52,139 nucleotides of DNA from a virus (Duplodnaviria; Heunggongvirae; Uroviricota; Caudoviricetes): positions 92,188 to 144,326 of the IMG/VR virus record IMGVR_UViG_3300023118_000008; one strand, 5' to 3'. Under the pieces are notes generated by a model. The model was not told where the DNA came from. It did not search any database and was given only the letters and a program-made list of their open reading frames with translations. Below are positions 34,095 to 43,521 of this stretch, piece after piece. The translations under genes were made by a program, and so were the position numbers. Within the stretch, counting starts at the first letter, position 1. Each line of letters begins with the position of its first letter.

Positions 34095-37000
34095 CGTTTT
34101 GAGTATTTTTGTAATTAATTTTAAATCTTGATTCCAAATCGTTTTCAAGTCTTATTATGAATGAGTCTCCTCTCATTCTTTCCAAAAGCCTTTGGTTTGA
34201 GAAATTGACTGCTCTTCTGTCTATCTCCTTGTAGATATTATTGTCATCCCAAGTCCATTGAGGTATATTTCTATTCTCTTTTTTTACGCGATTATAGAAA
34301 TAGTTTATATACTGCTTCTCGTCTTGGGGAACAAATAAAATATCTTGGGTATTATCTAAATTAGTCTTTGGGTATTTTGCTACATCACCAACTGTTTTTT
34401 GCTCTTTTAGGTTAAGGTTTCCTGTGTTATTAGTATTATTGTAAAGAACGGTTTTATTAAACCCTTTGTTAGCCCATTGTGCATAAGACCAGTTATCTTG
34501 GTATCTCAAAGCTTCTGAGTTTATACTGAAATTGTCAAAAATTTTGCTTGTGTTTTTATTGGCATAAACTGTCTCAACCACAAAAGGTTTTAACTCTCCT
34601 TGAAAAACTTGAAAAGAACTGTTCTCTAAAGTATGTGACCATAACGTTGGCTGAGGTGTATTAAATCCTGTCTGAAAGAAATCTTGGTGAGAATTGTAAT
34701 AGTTTGGGACTGATGTAAAATAACTGTTCCACCCCTTTCTCTCAAATTTAAAACTCACTGTCCAAGACCTGTCTTCAAAATAAGTTACGTCTGTTACATC
34801 TATAGGTTGTAAAACATCTTCAAATGTAGGCTCTTCTGTAAATACGCAAACGCAAACTCCCAATTCCAAATCTTCTTCACAACTTGAATCGCAAGACTCT
34901 GGATCGATACTTTCTACACAATTAAGTTCGGCAGTAATACTATCGACTATATCTTGGGCATCCTGAAATTCAGCTTCATAAGTTGCATAACCATAAAGCC
35001 CAGTTCCTTCGGATGATAGGGGATAATTTGTTTCAGGTATTACACTTCTGCCTCCATAGGCGTTTAAAACACTGATTCTTTCCGCTTCTGTGCCTAAAGC
35101 TACTACAGTTATCTTGATTCCGTTGTCTTTCATGATAGCTCCAAGTTCAAGAACTCCTTCATCACTTGCCTGCGTGTCGCATAAATTTTCCAATCCTCCT
35201 GTCTGAGTTCCGTCTGTTATTAGGACAACTTTTTTAAGAGCCAAAGGTCTGCTGTTTAAGCCTGTTACTACGGTATTTCCTTGACATAATCCTGCTGCTA
35301 TATTCGTACTTCCCGTTTCTCTTGGAAAATCAATAGCCTGCTTTATGAAATCCACATTGTTTGATAGATTTCTTCTTATATTTGCATCATTTCCAAACTT
35401 TACAACACCCATTCTTATAGTGTCATCGGCTATCTTATCAGCAAAACTGTCTACTATTGATTTGGCAAAAGCATTCAGCTGAGCCATTTCTACAGTACTG
35501 ACTGAACCAGAGTTGTCTAAAATCAATACAATATCAGAAATACAATTTTCCGATACTTGTTCGCACATCTGATTTTCAGAGTTATAAGTGTACCCCACAG
35601 GACATATTGATACTGTACTTATTCTTTCACATAATCCTGTCTCTTCATTATAGATAAAGTCTTGACCACACGTAGGATTAGGTTCCAGTCCTTCACATTC
35701 TGACAAATTTAAAGCAAATCCTGTCTGAGGGTCGTATCTCATACATTCTTCATACTCTTTTCTAGGAACGGCATCAAGTTTCGTTAAAAACAGCCTTTTG
35801 TTTACCGAATCATATCCTCCCGAAATACCTAATCCTGTAAACGGGTTATCTGTATCTGCGTCTTTAAAGAATCTTTTGATTTTAAAAGGAAGCTGTTTTT
35901 TAAACCATCTTTGCATATTTGACAATTCTCCTGAAAAAGAGTATGCCATATCTTCAATCTTATCGGCATTATTACTTAAAAATATTACCTGCCCTCTTTC
36001 AGAATCTATGTGGACATCTCCAAATTCTGTTTCTATTATATTATAGTGCTGTGTTCCTGTAAAACCAAGGGAACTTTTTACAAATTCTACTGGTTTAGTG
36101 CCAAAAATACCTCCTGTGCCCAATTCTTTGGTTTGAGGCGTAATTCTCTCAGCCAAGTTGTCAATAGTATTGAATACTTGCATTCCTCCTGTAAATCTTG
36201 CAACTCCTTGATTTCTTGTTGACTCTTTCAAACTTTTTAATACCCCTGAATCTGTGTTGAAAGGGTAAGTATTTAAAGGCTTGTAAACTAAATAAGGATC
36301 GTAATAGGTATCATACTCGCTATTGTCCATTTCCGACCAGATGACTTCATTGGTATTTTGGGAAATCTGTTTCCACTTTTCCCTGTCATAACTTGAAGGA
36401 AGATTTACTGTATTTGTATAAATCGTAGGCAGTGAGTATACTCCACTATATAAAATATTCTCAGGCTGAGTTATTGAGACATTTTTTTCTTGCGTGATAT
36501 ATTCCAAATCAGAAGCTACAGGATAAAAATGCGTATTTAATTCTTTTGTGGCATACCTTGTATTAAGATTCATCTCTGATTCCACTAGAAAATCAACTAC
36601 GCTATAGTAAGCCGTGTAAAATTTAGAAGGTCTTATGTAAAACTTATTACCTCCTGGCTTGCAATCAAATTCATAATCTGAGTCAATATCAGGGAATGGT
36701 ATTAAAAGTCCGTCATATTCAGTGTCTGTTTCATAGTCACAATAAAATCTAGTGAATCCTATGTTACTTGCCGTTGAGTACTGATAGGTTGTCTTGTCTG
36801 GCGTGCCAAAAGCCGTTCTTCTGAAAAAAGGTATTTTACGTTTATAGGTAAATCGTGTTATGCTTACATTTCCTCCGAATACGGGCTGACAGCTGTTATC
36901 AAGGCCTAATTTGAATATTTTTCCCGTTGTTAGCCATCTGACAGTATCAATATCCCCATATTGGTCTGGGACATAATTTTTCATTGTGATGTAAGGTGAT

Positions 37001-40000
37001 GCAATCTCTGGGGAATACTCTCTTTTATCACACCCTATAGTACTTGATATTGCACGGCTGGACGTATTTTTTATGCTAGAATTATCAATACTTATGTATG
37101 CCTGTGGGTAATTTAAAAAATTTTCCCCAAGTCCTAAAAAGACTGACTTTTCTCTTTGAAAGTTATTGATGTTGTAAGTTTCTCCTGCTTTTGTATCCAC
37201 AAGTGAAAAATCTCCGTCTTGGAGGTATCTTGAAACAGTCAAAGGCTTGAAATAATTCTGGTCATCGTTATTTATAAGAATACTGTTGTAATTCCCATGA
37301 GAGTATCCATAGTATGCAAAATTATATGAAGCTCCAATGTCCCTGAAAGATTTTATCCAATCATATCTATATTGTCCTATCTTTGTAAAACCACTAACTG
37401 CGTAGGCAACTCCTGAAAGTATCGCTCCTACAAGACCGAAACTTGTACCTACTACAAATCCCGCAACAAAGAACTGTTGTGCCGTTAATTCCGCTATGCT
37501 TATGGCAGTTTCTAACGCTACTTCAGTTATTGCAAGAGTTGTTGCTGTACTTCTTGCCTTACTCCCTAAAATAGTCCATCTAGGGTGGTCTTCAAGTTCT
37601 GTAAAACTGCTTTTTGCCGTCCCCTTTACAAACCCTTGTATTGAAATCTCCGTCCCTAGCTGTGTTTTTGTATGTAGAAGATCAGGTGATATGTAAGTGT
37701 ACTTGTTATTTCTTTCTGAATCATAAGGATGCTGTATACCGCCTGTGGAATTTCTATCGGGCTTATGATATAAATCTCCGCCTAAATCATTATAGGGAAA
37801 ATTAGAATACAAGTACTCCTTTTCATCTTTGTTGTATTTGTACATATCAAAGGCAATGCCATTGGAAATAACGCTCTTGCTGTAAGTATTGTCTCCTCGC
37901 AGAATTTCAAAACCGTAGATATTGTCAGACTCTTTTTGAGTCATAAGGTTGTTTCTAACAGCCACTTTTAGCATGCCTTCAACAACTCTAGTGTCCATAT
38001 ATACGCCTAGTGGATATATATAACTCTCTGTAAAAGCTGGCATATCCTGATTGGCTATGAAAGGCGCGACTCTATTGTCAGGCATTTTTGGATGTCTGAT
38101 TTTTGCACACCTGAAATCTGTAGTACCTTTTAAAGTGTAGTAGTTTTCATCGTCCAAGCCAGAAGCATAGTAGGCCTCAAATTTAGGTCTTAAGTCTGAG
38201 GGTATGTCATTAGGCTCTATCTTCAGCCAAGAGCTGTCATACAAGTCTTTGTTGTCAGGATAAGTTCTTAAGCTCTCCCAATATGAAAACTCTCCTTGCT
38301 GATATGGTATAGGCTCACATTCTAAGTTATCAGGAAGAAAGTAAGTGCATAAAGTAGAATACTTCTCTGATTTATTTAATTGTATAGAAGTCCAAGACAC
38401 TGTTGCTCTTTCATAGGCTATGTCTCTTGTTACTACAGCAAAGCATCCGTCTGGTGGAGCCGTTCTGTACTTTAATACGGGCGTGGCCTCAGGGTCATAC
38501 CCATTCTCTTGAGTATCGTCTTCTGGGACTCCATAGGTAGTATTTACCCAAGGATCTATGGCAACAAACATTTCCCCCGAAGCAAAAGGATTGCTCAGAG
38601 ATATAATGTTATCATTTACTAGGATAATATTATTTTGGGAAGTTCCTGTCAAATCTCCTGTCAAATTATCAACTGTTACAGTCATAGTAACATTTGATTT
38701 TAGGCTTATGATATTATCCGCCGTTTCTATGCTTATGCCTAAAGTAACCAAATCATTACCATTAAGAAGCATAAAATTTTTAACAGTAGTCTCTAAGTCC
38801 GTGTCAAAAACAATAGGGTAGGATTGCGCATTTACAATTACGCTTGCACTTCCCGAAGTTCCTGTTATCTCTAACCTGCTGTCTGTATTTTTATAAGCTT
38901 CTATCTTATATTTTAGACTCTGGCTTCTTATAGGTATTATCTCCCCCCAAAAAGCCTGTACATCTGAACACTTATGAAAAAGGGAAACCCTTACTTTTTG
39001 AGTTGGGTTTGTAGCACTTTCAATAATATCGTCATTGGCTGGCGGATCTTGAGTTCTTGAAACTTCCAAAATGAACTTGCTTCGATTTAGGGTAGTAGCT
39101 TTGAACCACAAGGCTCCTGCTTGAATCTTCTCTGAAAATCCATTTGTTGAAGACAATTCTGTGACTGTAGACTCTTTACTGCCCTCTAGTTCCGCTCTAG
39201 TTTCTGCTCCCCTGTAATTGAAAAAGTATCTTTGCGCGTTATTATTTGTAGGAGAGATGTTTATTATATCTGCTGAAGACGAGCATCCCTCATTTGTAAA
39301 ACTGTACGTTCTTTTTAAAGTGGTCTTTCTGCCTGGGGTCGGATCTAATGGCGGACGCATCATATAAAGATACTCGAAAGTGGTGTCTCTGACATACTCT
39401 CCCGTTGAAGAATTTTCATAGAAGTTGCAAGATGCACTTGGAAAATTTTCATAGCTTTCAGGAAAAGGTGATTCTTCCCTATTCACGAATTCTCCGTTTA
39501 CCCTGTCTATAAATACTTCAAATTCATCCAAAGTCGGAGTCTCACAAACAGTTTCTTCTACCTCTGTTTGATTGCTCCAATTAAGCGGAACATCTTCTAA
39601 AGCTGTAAATACTACACCCTCTGTCGTAAAGCCCACGTTAGAGAAGTCATCCCCTGCTATTAAGTTATAAATTATGTAGTTTTTACCCGCGATTAGGGTG
39701 CCCGAAGTGTAGACTGTTCCGAAAACAGGTACACAATGGGCTTCTGGGTACGGATTTAAAAGGTAGGGTGTTATCTCAGGAATCACTACTCCTGGATTAT
39801 CTTCAATGTAATCTTTTAAATTATCGAAAGAAGTGTTAAGTTCTATTTCTATAGTATTTGCAGGAATCTCATCAACTCCCTCAATCACGCATATTCTAGA
39901 ATTAGGCTGTATTACTTCTGTTCCGCTTGTTGCTATGTTACAGGTCTTTTCTAATTTTGCCGTGTTGATATACTGCCATTTGAAATCTCTTTCGTTGGTA

Positions 40001-41409
40001 TCACAATTTGTAATATCGCCCATAAGAGACGAATATCCCGTTTCAAGATCTTCATTATTAGCAGGTCTGCCCACTATAGGAAAATTGTAACTTTTTCCGC
40101 CATCCTTGTATAGGAATCTTAAAGAAAAAGGCTGTACTTCATCCCTTTGGTACCCTAAATAATCGGCTGATATGACGCCGTCTTTATATAAGTTTTCATT
40201 TGTAATGGAAGTCTGCCATTTCAATAGGGAAGACATCAGATTTACAACAGGCTGTATATTCAGCTCCTCTTTTCTTTTTATTCCGTGTATGTATTTTCTA
40301 GAGCCGATAATAGCCTCTCCTTCTCCCTTTTCAACTTTTGGCTTTCTTATGAATATATCGTTTAATTCTACTTCTTTCTTGGGGCTGATTAATGTATCCC
40401 TGTCAGTATTTGTATAAATCCTGCCCGATGTAGTTGCCAATACAGTGTCATTTGAAGTTGGGAAAATACCTTCCTCATAAGCAAATATATTAGAGTTTAA
40501 AACTCCTCTTTCAACACAGACTACCTTATAGTATCTGTACTGTTTGTCTAAATTTAAAATATTTAATTTTATAGAATAGGAAGTCAGCCCGTCTAGTTCC
40601 GTGGGATCTAAAATTCTATCATTTTCATTGAATATTTTTATCACTCCCGAACTTGAAGAATATTCAGACATTTCTGCCCCATTTGCGTCACAGTAACAGG
40701 CAAAGTACTCATAAGTACCGTTTCTAAGATTTCCTCCTGTATTTCTAGATACCGCATCAATAGATAATGGAGTATGCTCAGGAAATTGAAGCAGTTTTTT
40801 TACATCTATGCAATCCGTAATTATATTATCTCCACATACGACCTCTAATTCATATAAATAAGAAGTGTCCGTAACATTTAAAAATCTCGGAGGGTTTAAG
40901 TTGTCTTCCCAATATAAAGTAGTGCCTGACTGTTCATTTTTTATGACTGGGTTTTTTATTGGATAATTTTGATTGAAATTTAAGCCTGAACCTACTTCCA
41001 GGCAGTTATCGTTTATAAGCTCTCTATAAATGTTTTCGGGTTGCTGTGTTATACTCTCTAGAGGTTCTGAAAGTGTATTTACATTACCACAGCCTACGCA
41101 GTTTTCTATCGGGTCTTGGTTTTCGTGAAAAGTCAAAAAGTCCTCGACATATCCTATCGAAGACTTGAGTGTTTCCTTATTGGTTAAAAAGTAGTATGTT
41201 ACGTTTTTTAGCGCATTCTTTTTAAAACCTATAACCTTGTATCCTTGAGGAAAATTTACATTTAGATAATTTGAGGGCTCGTTATGAGTGACCTGACCAT
41301 TAGTATCGGAGTTTAGTGCAAAAATAAATTCCCCTTCCTGTAGTCTGTCTATGTTATTTTCTCTATTCATACCCTTTAAAGGGATGCTTCCTTCTTCTCT
41401 TTGTTGCAT
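34072..41409 (-). CDS. Large tail nozzle/muzzle-like (stabilization) protein, 2445 aa, with an inserted vWA domain
   Basis: N-terminal KGMNRENN...ALN recalled as typical of nozzle proteins; follows ring genes; vWA DIVLILDNSGSVS...TNI...VLITDG. Confidence 0.75.
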   Translation of the reverse strand: MQQREEGSIPLKGMNRENNIDRLQEGEFIFALNSDTNGQVTHNEPSNYLNVNFPQGYKVIGFKKNALKNVTYYFLTNKETLKSSIGYVEDFLTFHENQDPIENCVGCGNVNTLSEPLESITQQPENIYRELINDNCLEVGSGLNFNQNYPIKNPVIKNEQSGTTLYWEDNLNPPRFLNVTDTSYLYELEVVCGDNIITDCIDVKKLLQFPEHTPLSIDAVSRNTGGNLRNGTYEYFACYCDANGAEMSEYSSSSGVIKIFNENDRILDPTELDGLTSYSIKLNILNLDKQYRYYKVVCVERGVLNSNIFAYEEGIFPTSNDTVLATTSGRIYTNTDRDTLISPKKEVELNDIFIRKPKVEKGEGEAIIGSRKYIHGIKRKEELNIQPVVNLMSSLLKWQTSITNENLYKDGVISADYLGYQRDEVQPFSLRFLYKDGGKSYNFPIVGRPANNEDLETGYSSLMGDITNCDTNERDFKWQYINTAKLEKTCNIATSGTEVIQPNSRICVIEGVDEIPANTIEIELNTSFDNLKDYIEDNPGVVIPEITPYLLNPYPEAHCVPVFGTVYTSGTLIAGKNYIIYNLIAGDDFSNVGFTTEGVVFTALEDVPLNWSNQTEVEETVCETPTLDEFEVFIDRVNGEFVNREESPFPESYENFPSASCNFYENSSTGEYVRDTTFEYLYMMRPPLDPTPGRKTTLKRTYSFTNEGCSSSADIINISPTNNNAQRYFFNYRGAETRAELEGSKESTVTELSSTNGFSEKIQAGALWFKATTLNRSKFILEVSRTQDPPANDDIIESATNPTQKVRVSLFHKCSDVQAFWGEIIPIRSQSLKYKIEAYKNTDSRLEITGTSGSASVIVNAQSYPIVFDTDLETTVKNFMLLNGNDLVTLGISIETADNIISLKSNVTMTVTVDNLTGDLTGTSQNNIILVNDNIISLSNPFASGEMFVAIDPWVNTTYGVPEDDTQENGYDPEATPVLKYRTAPPDGCFAVVTRDIAYERATVSWTSIQLNKSEKYSTLCTYFLPDNLECEPIPYQQGEFSYWESLRTYPDNKDLYDSSWLKIEPNDIPSDLRPKFEAYYASGLDDENYYTLKGTTDFRCAKIRHPKMPDNRVAPFIANQDMPAFTESYIYPLGVYMDTRVVEGMLKVAVRNNLMTQKESDNIYGFEILRGDNTYSKSVISNGIAFDMYKYNKDEKEYLYSNFPYNDLGGDLYHKPDRNSTGGIQHPYDSERNNKYTYISPDLLHTKTQLGTEISIQGFVKGTAKSSFTELEDHPRWTILGSKARSTATTLAITEVALETAISIAELTAQQFFVAGFVVGTSFGLVGAILSGVAYAVSGFTKIGQYRYDWIKSFRDIGASYNFAYYGYSHGNYNSILINNDDQNYFKPLTVSRYLQDGDFSLVDTKAGETYNINNFQREKSVFLGLGENFLNYPQAYISIDNSSIKNTSSRAISSTIGCDKREYSPEIASPYITMKNYVPDQYGDIDTVRWLTTGKIFKLGLDNSCQPVFGGNVSITRFTYKRKIPFFRRTAFGTPDKTTYQYSTASNIGFTRFYCDYETDTEYDGLLIPFPDIDSDYEFDCKPGGNKFYIRPSKFYTAYYSVVDFLVESEMNLNTRYATKELNTHFYPVASDLEYITQEKNVSITQPENILYSGVYSLPTIYTNTVNLPSSYDREKWKQISQNTNEVIWSEMDNSEYDTYYDPYLVYKPLNTYPFNTDSGVLKSLKESTRNQGVARFTGGMQVFNTIDNLAERITPQTKELGTGGIFGTKPVEFVKSSLGFTGTQHYNIIETEFGDVHIDSERGQVIFLSNNADKIEDMAYSFSGELSNMQRWFKKQLPFKIKRFFKDADTDNPFTGLGISGGYDSVNKRLFLTKLDAVPRKEYEECMRYDPQTGFALNLSECEGLEPNPTCGQDFIYNEETGLCERISTVSICPVGYTYNSENQMCEQVSENCISDIVLILDNSGSVSTVEMAQLNAFAKSIVDSFADKIADDTIRMGVVKFGNDANIRRNLSNNVDFIKQAIDFPRETGSTNIAAGLCQGNTVVTGLNSRPLALKKVVLITDGTQTGGLENLCDTQASDEGVLELGAIMKDNGIKITVVALGTEAERISVLNAYGGRSVIPETNYPLSSEGTGLYGYATYEAEFQDAQDIVDSITAELNCVESIDPESCDSSCEEDLELGVCVCVFTEEPTFEDVLQPIDVTDVTYFEDRSWTVSFKFERKGWNSYFTSVPNYYNSHQDFFQTGFNTPQPTLWSHTLENSSFQVFQGELKPFVVETVYANKNTSKIFDNFSINSEALRYQDNWSYAQWANKGFNKTVLYNNTNNTGNLNLKEQKTVGDVAKYPKTNLDNTQDILFVPQDEKQYINYFYNRVKKENRNIPQWTWDDNNIYKEIDRRAVNFSNQRLLERMRGDSFIIRLENDLESRFKINYKNTQNDATYYNN

Positions 41410-41411
41410 AG

Positions 41412-42278
41412 TTACCTTGGAAATCTAAAATATTTTGCGAAATGCTTTTTGTTATTATCCGAGAATTTTTTATCCCAATTTTTACCCAGACCTTTAAACT
41501 TTGATTCTTTCATTGCCAAGGATTTTAGTCCTGTTGACTCCTGTTTATAAACCGTATACAGCTGTCCTATTCCTTGCGGGTTTAAGTTATTGTTTATAAG
41601 ATACTCTGATAATTCTATTTTTATAAGGTTTTCTATGTAGTCATATATAGCCCCTGTTGAAAAGATAGGGATTACCATGTCTCCGTTCTCATCTGTCTGT
41701 AGGGAGTAGTATTGTATGTAGACCTTGCCTTTGTCAAAATTAGTATTTAATACTGAATTCGATATGCTTGCCTTATAGGGACTATTTACTCTGAGTTTTT
41801 TATTTACACAGTCTGCTGCTAAAGAGTTTGCTTCCACTGTTCCTTCAAGTTCTAAAAAACGGTGTTTGTAATGGGTATGTAAATGGCTGTTTTTGATAGT
41901 TATCTTTTCAGTCACTATCTTGGTATTGCAACTTTTTATGTACTCATTGGTAAGCTCATTCCATCGGGCAGGATTTTCTATTCTCTCTCTGTAAACGTAG
42001 TTGTCTGTAAGGTTTTCTCTATCCCCTGAAACTGTGAATCCTAAAGGCTCTAGAATATATGCCAATTTTAAAGATTTGAAATCTTGAGGCAGTATTGCTC
42101 TTGAATTATCAATATCTAAAAATTCACTTTTTAAATTTTGTACATTGACTCCAAATTTTCTAAGAGCATTGATTACTGTAAACACAATAGAAGATTTATC
42201 TATATCGCCACTCTCTGCCAATATGGGGTATTTTGCCTCTATCTCGGCTATAAGTTCGTTTATTGATATATTGTCCAA
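41412..42278 (-). CDS. Putative tail ring/adaptor protein (288 aa, TTG start)
   Basis: Position directly before the muzzle-like gene and size fit crAss-like ring proteins (synteny-based). Confidence 0.55.
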   Translation of the reverse strand: MDNISINELIAEIEAKYPILAESGDIDKSSIVFTVINALRKFGVNVQNLKSEFLDIDNSRAILPQDFKSLKLAYILEPLGFTVSGDRENLTDNYVYRERIENPARWNELTNEYIKSCNTKIVTEKITIKNSHLHTHYKHRFLELEGTVEANSLAADCVNKKLRVNSPYKASISNSVLNTNFDKGKVYIQYYSLQTDENGDMVIPIFSTGAIYDYIENLIKIELSEYLINNNLNPQGIGQLYTVYKQESTGLKSLAMKESKFKGLGKNWDKKFSDNNKKHFAKYFRFPR

Positions 42279-42286
42279 TGTCTTGT

Positions 42287-42763
42287 TTAAATTTTAAAAT
42301 ATTTGCTAGGAGATAAAAAGTTCATCTTTCCTTTCAAATACTTGAGTTGTTTGTAAAATTCATCTGCCTTGTCTAATCTTTTCAAATCGGGAATCAAAAC
42401 TTTGTCTGTTAAGTAATGTCCTTCTGTCCTGAACGATATAAGCTCATCACAAAGAGGTATGAAACTCTGCTCGTAATAAAACCTATCTGGCTTTCTTCTT
42501 AATAGGGATATTCTGCGTCCCTTTACTTTATATTTTGGCAAGAACAATAAATATCCCAATTCTTGGAAGTACACTCCTGCATCATATTCTTGTGATAGAA
42601 GGTTCATTGCGTGCATTAATCCTTTAGCTATTTTGACCCATTTTTTATATTCGTCAAAGGGCTTGTGAGTGAATCTCTTGTTCTTCTTAAAATACTCATA
42701 AGACTCTCTTTCTGTAATATCTGTCTCTTTAAAGAATAGAAATTTATGATCCGTTGACTCCAT
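42287..42763 (-). CDS. Basic protein, possibly HU/IHF-like (158 aa)
   Basis: GVYFQELGYL followed by a basic arm; sits between ring-like genes as in crAss-like phages; function weakly supported. Confidence 0.4.
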   Translation of the reverse strand: MESTDHKFLFFKETDITERESYEYFKKNKRFTHKPFDEYKKWVKIAKGLMHAMNLLSQEYDAGVYFQELGYLLFLPKYKVKGRRISLLRRKPDRFYYEQSFIPLCDELISFRTEGHYLTDKVLIPDLKRLDKADEFYKQLKYLKGKMNFLSPSKYFKI

Positions 42764-43400
42764 TTGGGTTTTGATCTTCTGGTGTTTGTTTTCTTAAAAG
42801 TATTTTTTGAACTGTTTCGTCCACGACTATTTTTAAAAATCTGTCAGGCACTATAAACTCATAGTCCCACGCGCTTTTGCATTCATCATCGCACCCGCAC
42901 TTTTCTGTCTCCAAAGTTATCAAGTCTAAAGAAAGATTGTATATTTCTTCATCAGGGATATATATATGCATATCGCTTCCTAAATAAATAAAAACTTCTC
43001 CTTTATGCTGGTATTTTCTTTTTTTATCCCGCCTGATTTGATTCTCATATCCGATTGAAAATTCAAAACCTCCATCAATACTTCTTACATTCTTAATGGA
43101 GCTCCCTAATCGGCTAAAAATAGGTTTAGGTAGAGGTTTCTTTGACCTCATTAATGTACCACAGCGTCTTAAATCGACCAAGGGGCATTTTATTCTATCA
43201 CTGGCTTCCAATTCTATACATTCTATTGTAGTGAAAAGAGAAGCTTCCCTATATAAAGTCCGTTCTAAGAGCTTTTGGGCGATTAGGTTCATAGAAGATG
43301 CCCTGCCCATTCTCAGAATGTATCTTCTTGGCGGAACAGCGTCTACATTATTATCTTTTGCCTGATTTATTACCAAGTCTACAAATTCAGCATTCTTCAT
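42744..43400 (-). CDS. Putative tail ring/tubular protein (218 aa)
   Basis: C-terminal WDYEFIVPD...PEDQNPN recalled as ring-protein-like; synteny. Confidence 0.55.
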   Translation of the reverse strand: MKNAEFVDLVINQAKDNNVDAVPPRRYILRMGRASSMNLIAQKLLERTLYREASLFTTIECIELEASDRIKCPLVDLRRCGTLMRSKKPLPKPIFSRLGSSIKNVRSIDGGFEFSIGYENQIRRDKKRKYQHKGEVFIYLGSDMHIYIPDEEIYNLSLDLITLETEKCGCDDECKSAWDYEFIVPDRFLKIVVDETVQKILLRKQTPEDQNPNGVNGS

Positions 43401-43404
43401 GTTG

Positions 43405-43412
43405 CAAATTTA
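43405..43412 (-). promoter_or_regulatory. -7 element TAAATTTG 4 nt upstream of the ring gene ATG
   Basis: Consensus -7 box after a terminator-like hairpin; -33 position is TTTT rather than TTTG. Confidence 0.45.
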
Positions 43413-43455
43413 CCGAATAAAATCGGATTAAAAAAATTCATTAATTTATTATTTA

Positions 43456-43498
43456 CCAAAAATAAAGGAGGATAAAGGTTTTATCCCTCACCCTCCTT
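43456..43498 (-). terminator. Probable intrinsic terminator after the 622-aa gene
   Basis: GGATAAA-ACC-TTTATCC stem, extendable with GGAG/CTCC, followed by TTTATTTTT. Confidence 0.5.
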
Positions 43499-43521
43499 CC
43501 AAGAAAAAAGAAAACAAATTT

